DNA of 64,000 nucleotides from Minisyncoccota bacterium (GTDB lineage Bacteria; Patescibacteriota; Minisyncoccia; Phycocordibacterales; JABAAK01): NCBI GenBank assembly GCA_965222235.1, contig OZ244939.1, positions 323,396 to 387,395 of the forward strand, read 5' to 3'. Shown piece by piece: positions 61,033 to 64,000 of this stretch (position 1 is its first letter; each line of letters starts with the position of its first letter). The notes under the pieces were generated by a model. It saw only the letters and a program-made list of their open reading frames with translations, ran no database searches and was not told where the DNA came from. The position numbers and the translations under genes were made by a program.

Positions 61033-61912
61033 CCGTCACACCGACGGTACGATGACTGACTCAGGCAGAATGAAATTGTTCCCTCCTTTGCGGTCGCATA
61101 TTCCCGCAGCTCCCGTCCGCGTCCGCGGTACGCCTCAACCCGCTCAAGAACGGCATCAGAAGGATGACCGTACCGGTTGCCCGCGGACGCCGAATATACC
61201 AGCGCCTCCGGCTGCACGTGCGCGAGGAATGCCGATGAGGTGGATGTCTTTGAGCCGTGATGCCCCGCCTTCAATATGTCAATATCCCGCAGGGTGTCGG
61301 CAAATACCCCGATCAGATACTCCTCAACAGCGGCGTTCACATCACCGGTGAGCAGAATCTCCGTATCACCGTATGTCACCAACAGTACCACCGACGCGGC
61401 GTTTGTTTCGCGCACATCGGTGCTGATCGGCCAGAGAATATCAAACTGAACGTCGTCCAAAGAAAAGGTGTGTGCCGCGGAAATGTCATGCACCTGCACA
61501 TCATCCCGTTCCTCCAGCAATTCATTTACCTGCCGGTACACCGATGTGTCCGATGTGATAAAAGAGCGGATGACCGTATCGGTACCGTACCGCCGCAGCA
61601 CCGGCACGAACCCGCCGATGTGATCGGCATCCGGATGCGTCATCACTAATACGTCAATCTCGGTATCGTGCATCGGCAGAAGCACATCAAGCGCGGTGAG
61701 GACCGAGATTCCCCGACCGGCGTCAATGAGCACCTGCCGATTATTCGGCGTCTCAATGAGGACGGCGTCGCCCTGCCCCACATCAAGGAAATGCACCCGC
61801 ATCCCGCCGCTGCCCGGAGATGAAAATACCAGTGCATACCACCAGTATCCGGCGCAGACGACTATGAGCAGCAGCAAGGCAAAAAGAATGCGCAAATGTT
61901 TCGGCATACACA
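61029..61912 (-). CDS. Stand-alone metallo-beta-lactamase domain protein of ComEC C-terminal type, with an N-terminal TM anchor
   Basis: VHFLDVGQGDAVLIE...LIDAG, HPDADHIGG and ILKAGHHGSKTS (ComEC MBL-domain boxes). The start is uncertain (61912, 61906 or 61808). Confidence 0.6.
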
Positions 61913-61931
61913 TATGATATAATAGATATAT

Positions 61932-62519
61932 ATGCAGCAGTATGCAGTTAAAACATATGATATCCCGCCGGTAGAGGGTATATCGGAAAAGGCGATGGAA
62001 ATTCATCTGGGTCTCTATGCCGGATATGTAAAGCATCTGAACGCCCACTACGACGCGCTGCGAACCGCGTGCGAGCAGGGCGGCGATCCGCTTGTTCTGT
62101 CGGCACTGACAAGGCGCATTGGTTTTGAACTTGCCGGCATCATCAATCATGAGCGCTTTTTCGAAACACTTGAAGGCGGCTCCGCTCCGTGCGGCGAGAA
62201 CAGCGCGCTCCATGTGCACCTCACGGCGCAGTTCGGCTCAGTCGACAACTGCATCGCCGGCATCAGAAAAACAGCGGAGACCATGCGCGGCATCGGCTGG
62301 ATCCTTCTCGTCTATGACAAAGAAGCTCGCATGTCCCATATTCTCTGGGTCAGCGACCATGAACTCGGCAATGTAAATCTGCCCGCACTGCTTGCGGTTG
62401 ACATGTGGGAACACGCGTACCTGCCGGACTATGAGCCGAAGAATAAATTGCAATATGTTGACGCATATCTCAAAGCGGTGAACTGGAAGAAGATTGAGGA
62501 AGTGTTTGATGCCTGCTGA
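61932..62519 (+). CDS. sodA: Fe/Mn superoxide dismutase
   Basis: EIHLGLYAGYVKHLN (metal-binding His) and DMWEHAYLPDY (the D-x-W-E-H-A-Y signature). Confidence 0.85.
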   Translation: MQQYAVKTYDIPPVEGISEKAMEIHLGLYAGYVKHLNAHYDALRTACEQGGDPLVLSALTRRIGFELAGIINHERFFETLEGGSAPCGENSALHVHLTAQFGSVDNCIAGIRKTAETMRGIGWILLVYDKEARMSHILWVSDHELGNVNLPALLAVDMWEHAYLPDYEPKNKLQYVDAYLKAVNWKKIEEVFDAC

Positions 62520-62582
62520 ACGTGACTGACTGAAAAACGGTGCCCTTCTCCCCATACTCATGTTCATCATCCCGGAACTCGG

Positions 62583-63686
62583 TCAGTCCTCCGCGTCGCT
62601 CTGACGCACCCCGCCGAACTCATATCCCACATATACAAGAAACACGACGCAGGCAAGCATGAGGAATGCCGGCAGCTGCGGCAGCGGTACTGACGCGTAC
62701 GGCACCGAGGCAAACATATCGGCGGAGCGGATAATCAGGGTGAGCGGAAAGTACGCAATCGGGGCGACAATAAGGGCGGCGGGCGGCAGAATAACGGCGA
62801 TGAGTATGAGCAGCGCGCCGAACGCCATCGCCAGCGGCACCAGCGGCAGAATCACCATGTTCGCCAACAGACCGATAATCGATACCTCACCGATTGAATA
62901 CGCGAGGTACGGCAGAAGAAACAGCTGCGTTGCGAGCGTCGCCGAAACGATGCTCCGTACCTGAAAACGATCTGTGAGACGGACAAAATACCGCTCAAAC
63001 ACCGGGGAGAATATAAGAAGACCCAGCGTCGCGAGAAACGACATATGAAACGAGGTGCTGTAGAGCGCCTGCTCCGGATTGTACAGCACCATCAGCGCAC
63101 CGACGAATACGAGAATACGTACGCCGTCATACTCCCGGTGCAGCGCGCGGGCGACGAGCGCAATGCTCGCCATACTGCCGGCACGCACCGCGGCCGTTTG
63201 TGCGCCGGCAAGCAGAACAAACAGAATAATCGTCACAAGTGAACAGACAAACGAAAACATCGGCGGCGTGCGGGAAAGTACCCGGCGGACCGCCTCGGCG
63301 ACCAGCGTGATGTTGTACCCTGAGAGCACAATGATATGTATCAGCCCGGTAATCCTGAACACCTCCAGAAGTTCTGCGGACAGCGAACCGCGCAGACCGA
63401 GCAGCAGACCGCCGAGCAGTGATGCCTCCTGCACCGGCAGCACCCGATGCACGGCGTTCATAAAGTGAAAGCGAAGAAAGGCGAAGATGGCAAAACGACT
63501 GTCCTTACCGTCACAACCGGAATTATCAATACGGGCGATTGCATAGACACCGAGTTGGCGCAGATATTGCTCGTACAGAAACACGCGGTTCGCCTCGGTC
63601 AGAAAATTCTCCGGCTTAACGAGCCGCGCCGTAAACGCGACATCCTCACCGGTGACACAGCGGGACGGATACGGCTCGTACACCAA
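62583..63686 (-). CDS. comEC: ComEC/Rec2 competence-domain portion (polytopic membrane channel)
   Basis: Begins ...CVTGEDVAFTARLVKPENF...FLYEQYLRQLGVYAIA (end of the DUF4131/OB region) and continues through at least eight TM helices. The track start is a TTG; the frame is open further upstream, overlapping the next ORF. Confidence 0.65.
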   Translation of the reverse strand: MVYEPYPSRCVTGEDVAFTARLVKPENFLTEANRVFLYEQYLRQLGVYAIARIDNSGCDGKDSRFAIFAFLRFHFMNAVHRVLPVQEASLLGGLLLGLRGSLSAELLEVFRITGLIHIIVLSGYNITLVAEAVRRVLSRTPPMFSFVCSLVTIILFVLLAGAQTAAVRAGSMASIALVARALHREYDGVRILVFVGALMVLYNPEQALYSTSFHMSFLATLGLLIFSPVFERYFVRLTDRFQVRSIVSATLATQLFLLPYLAYSIGEVSIIGLLANMVILPLVPLAMAFGALLILIAVILPPAALIVAPIAYFPLTLIIRSADMFASVPYASVPLPQLPAFLMLACVVFLVYVGYEFGGVRQSDAED

Positions 63687-64000
63687 AACGGAGCGGACAG
63701 ATCAATCAACTGATCTCCGAGATGCAGCGACTGAAGGGCGACGGTATATCTGCTGACCCGCTCCCGGTGCTCCACATCCCCCGTCACCGTGCCCCGAACC
63801 GCAATCGTCTCACCGTACACCGCACCCCAGTCGGCGTTACGCCGTTCGTCGGCGACGGTGACGCGGAGCATGCCGAGCAACAGCGCTATGCAGGAAACGC
63901 AGATAAGTATCGCGATCGGATACCGTCGGATCATATATAGCGATAACGAAAGGATACCGATAAAAAGCAGCAGGGATACCGTCGGAACAGTAATCATATA
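63599..64000 (-). CDS. comEC: ComEC N-terminal (DUF4131-like) portion in a different frame; runs off the window end
   Basis: TM helices, then GETIAVRGTVTGDVEHRERVSRYTVALQSL (OB-fold-like). It overlaps the competence-domain ORF by about 88 nt, so an apparent frameshift. Confidence 0.5.
   Translation of the reverse strand, partial: YMITVPTVSLLLFIGILSLSLYMIRRYPIAILICVSCIALLLGMLRVTVADERRNADWGAVYGETIAVRGTVTGDVEHRERVSRYTVALQSLHLGDQLIDLSAPFWCTSRIRPAVSPVRMSRLRRGSLSRRIF

Overview
This 64-kb window reads as a bacterial chromosome segment from a small-genome, probably uncultivated lineage. Unlinked 23S-5S rRNA without 16S, several giant surface proteins with C-terminal peptidoglycan-binding domains and tandem type IV pilins are Patescibacteria/CPR-like traits. 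A possible beta-barrel-like secreted protein argues for caution on that assignment. GC is about 52-55% overall, but 30.2-33.5 kb is strongly AT-rich. Housekeeping genes found: gyrA, tmk, rpsA, pth, lepB, a HisRS-like gene, rpsU, ybeY, ftsA, ftsZ, trxB, valS, 5S and 23S rRNA, ychF, tRNA-Ala(UGC), pyrB, uppS, tRNA-Gln(UUG), msrB, msrA, a P-type ATPase, argS, rpmB, sodA and comEC. The accessory and unusual content, in window order: (1) a perfect 40-bp inverted duplication at 226-265 and 1183-1222 that carries outward-facing sigma70-like promoters; (2) a cell-surface locus with four tandem type IV pilin genes and five small VirB2/TrbC-like membrane-protein paralogs; (3) an AT-rich islet beside tRNA-Ala holding a convergent HNH (endonuclease-VII-type) restriction enzyme and a beta-class SPPY DNA methyltransferase, plus two uncharacterised genes (one membrane, one soluble) that are the best candidate for an undescribed defence-type module; (4) a roughly 10-kb surface-protein locus (40.4-50.9 kb) bracketed by paralogous FN3-like small secreted proteins, containing a 1583-aa Ig-like-repeat protein with a perfect 529-bp internal direct repeat, two further PG-binding proteins and a lytic-transglycosylase-like protein; (5) two different IS481-family insertion sequences at 53.86-56.24 kb, one with 26-bp perfect terminal inverted repeats and a 6-bp target-site duplication, interleaved with a pair of paralogous Cys/His-rich small proteins; (6) apparent frameshifts in tmk and comEC. 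No CRISPR array or cas genes were seen. Coordinates derived by hand may be off by 1-3 nt.
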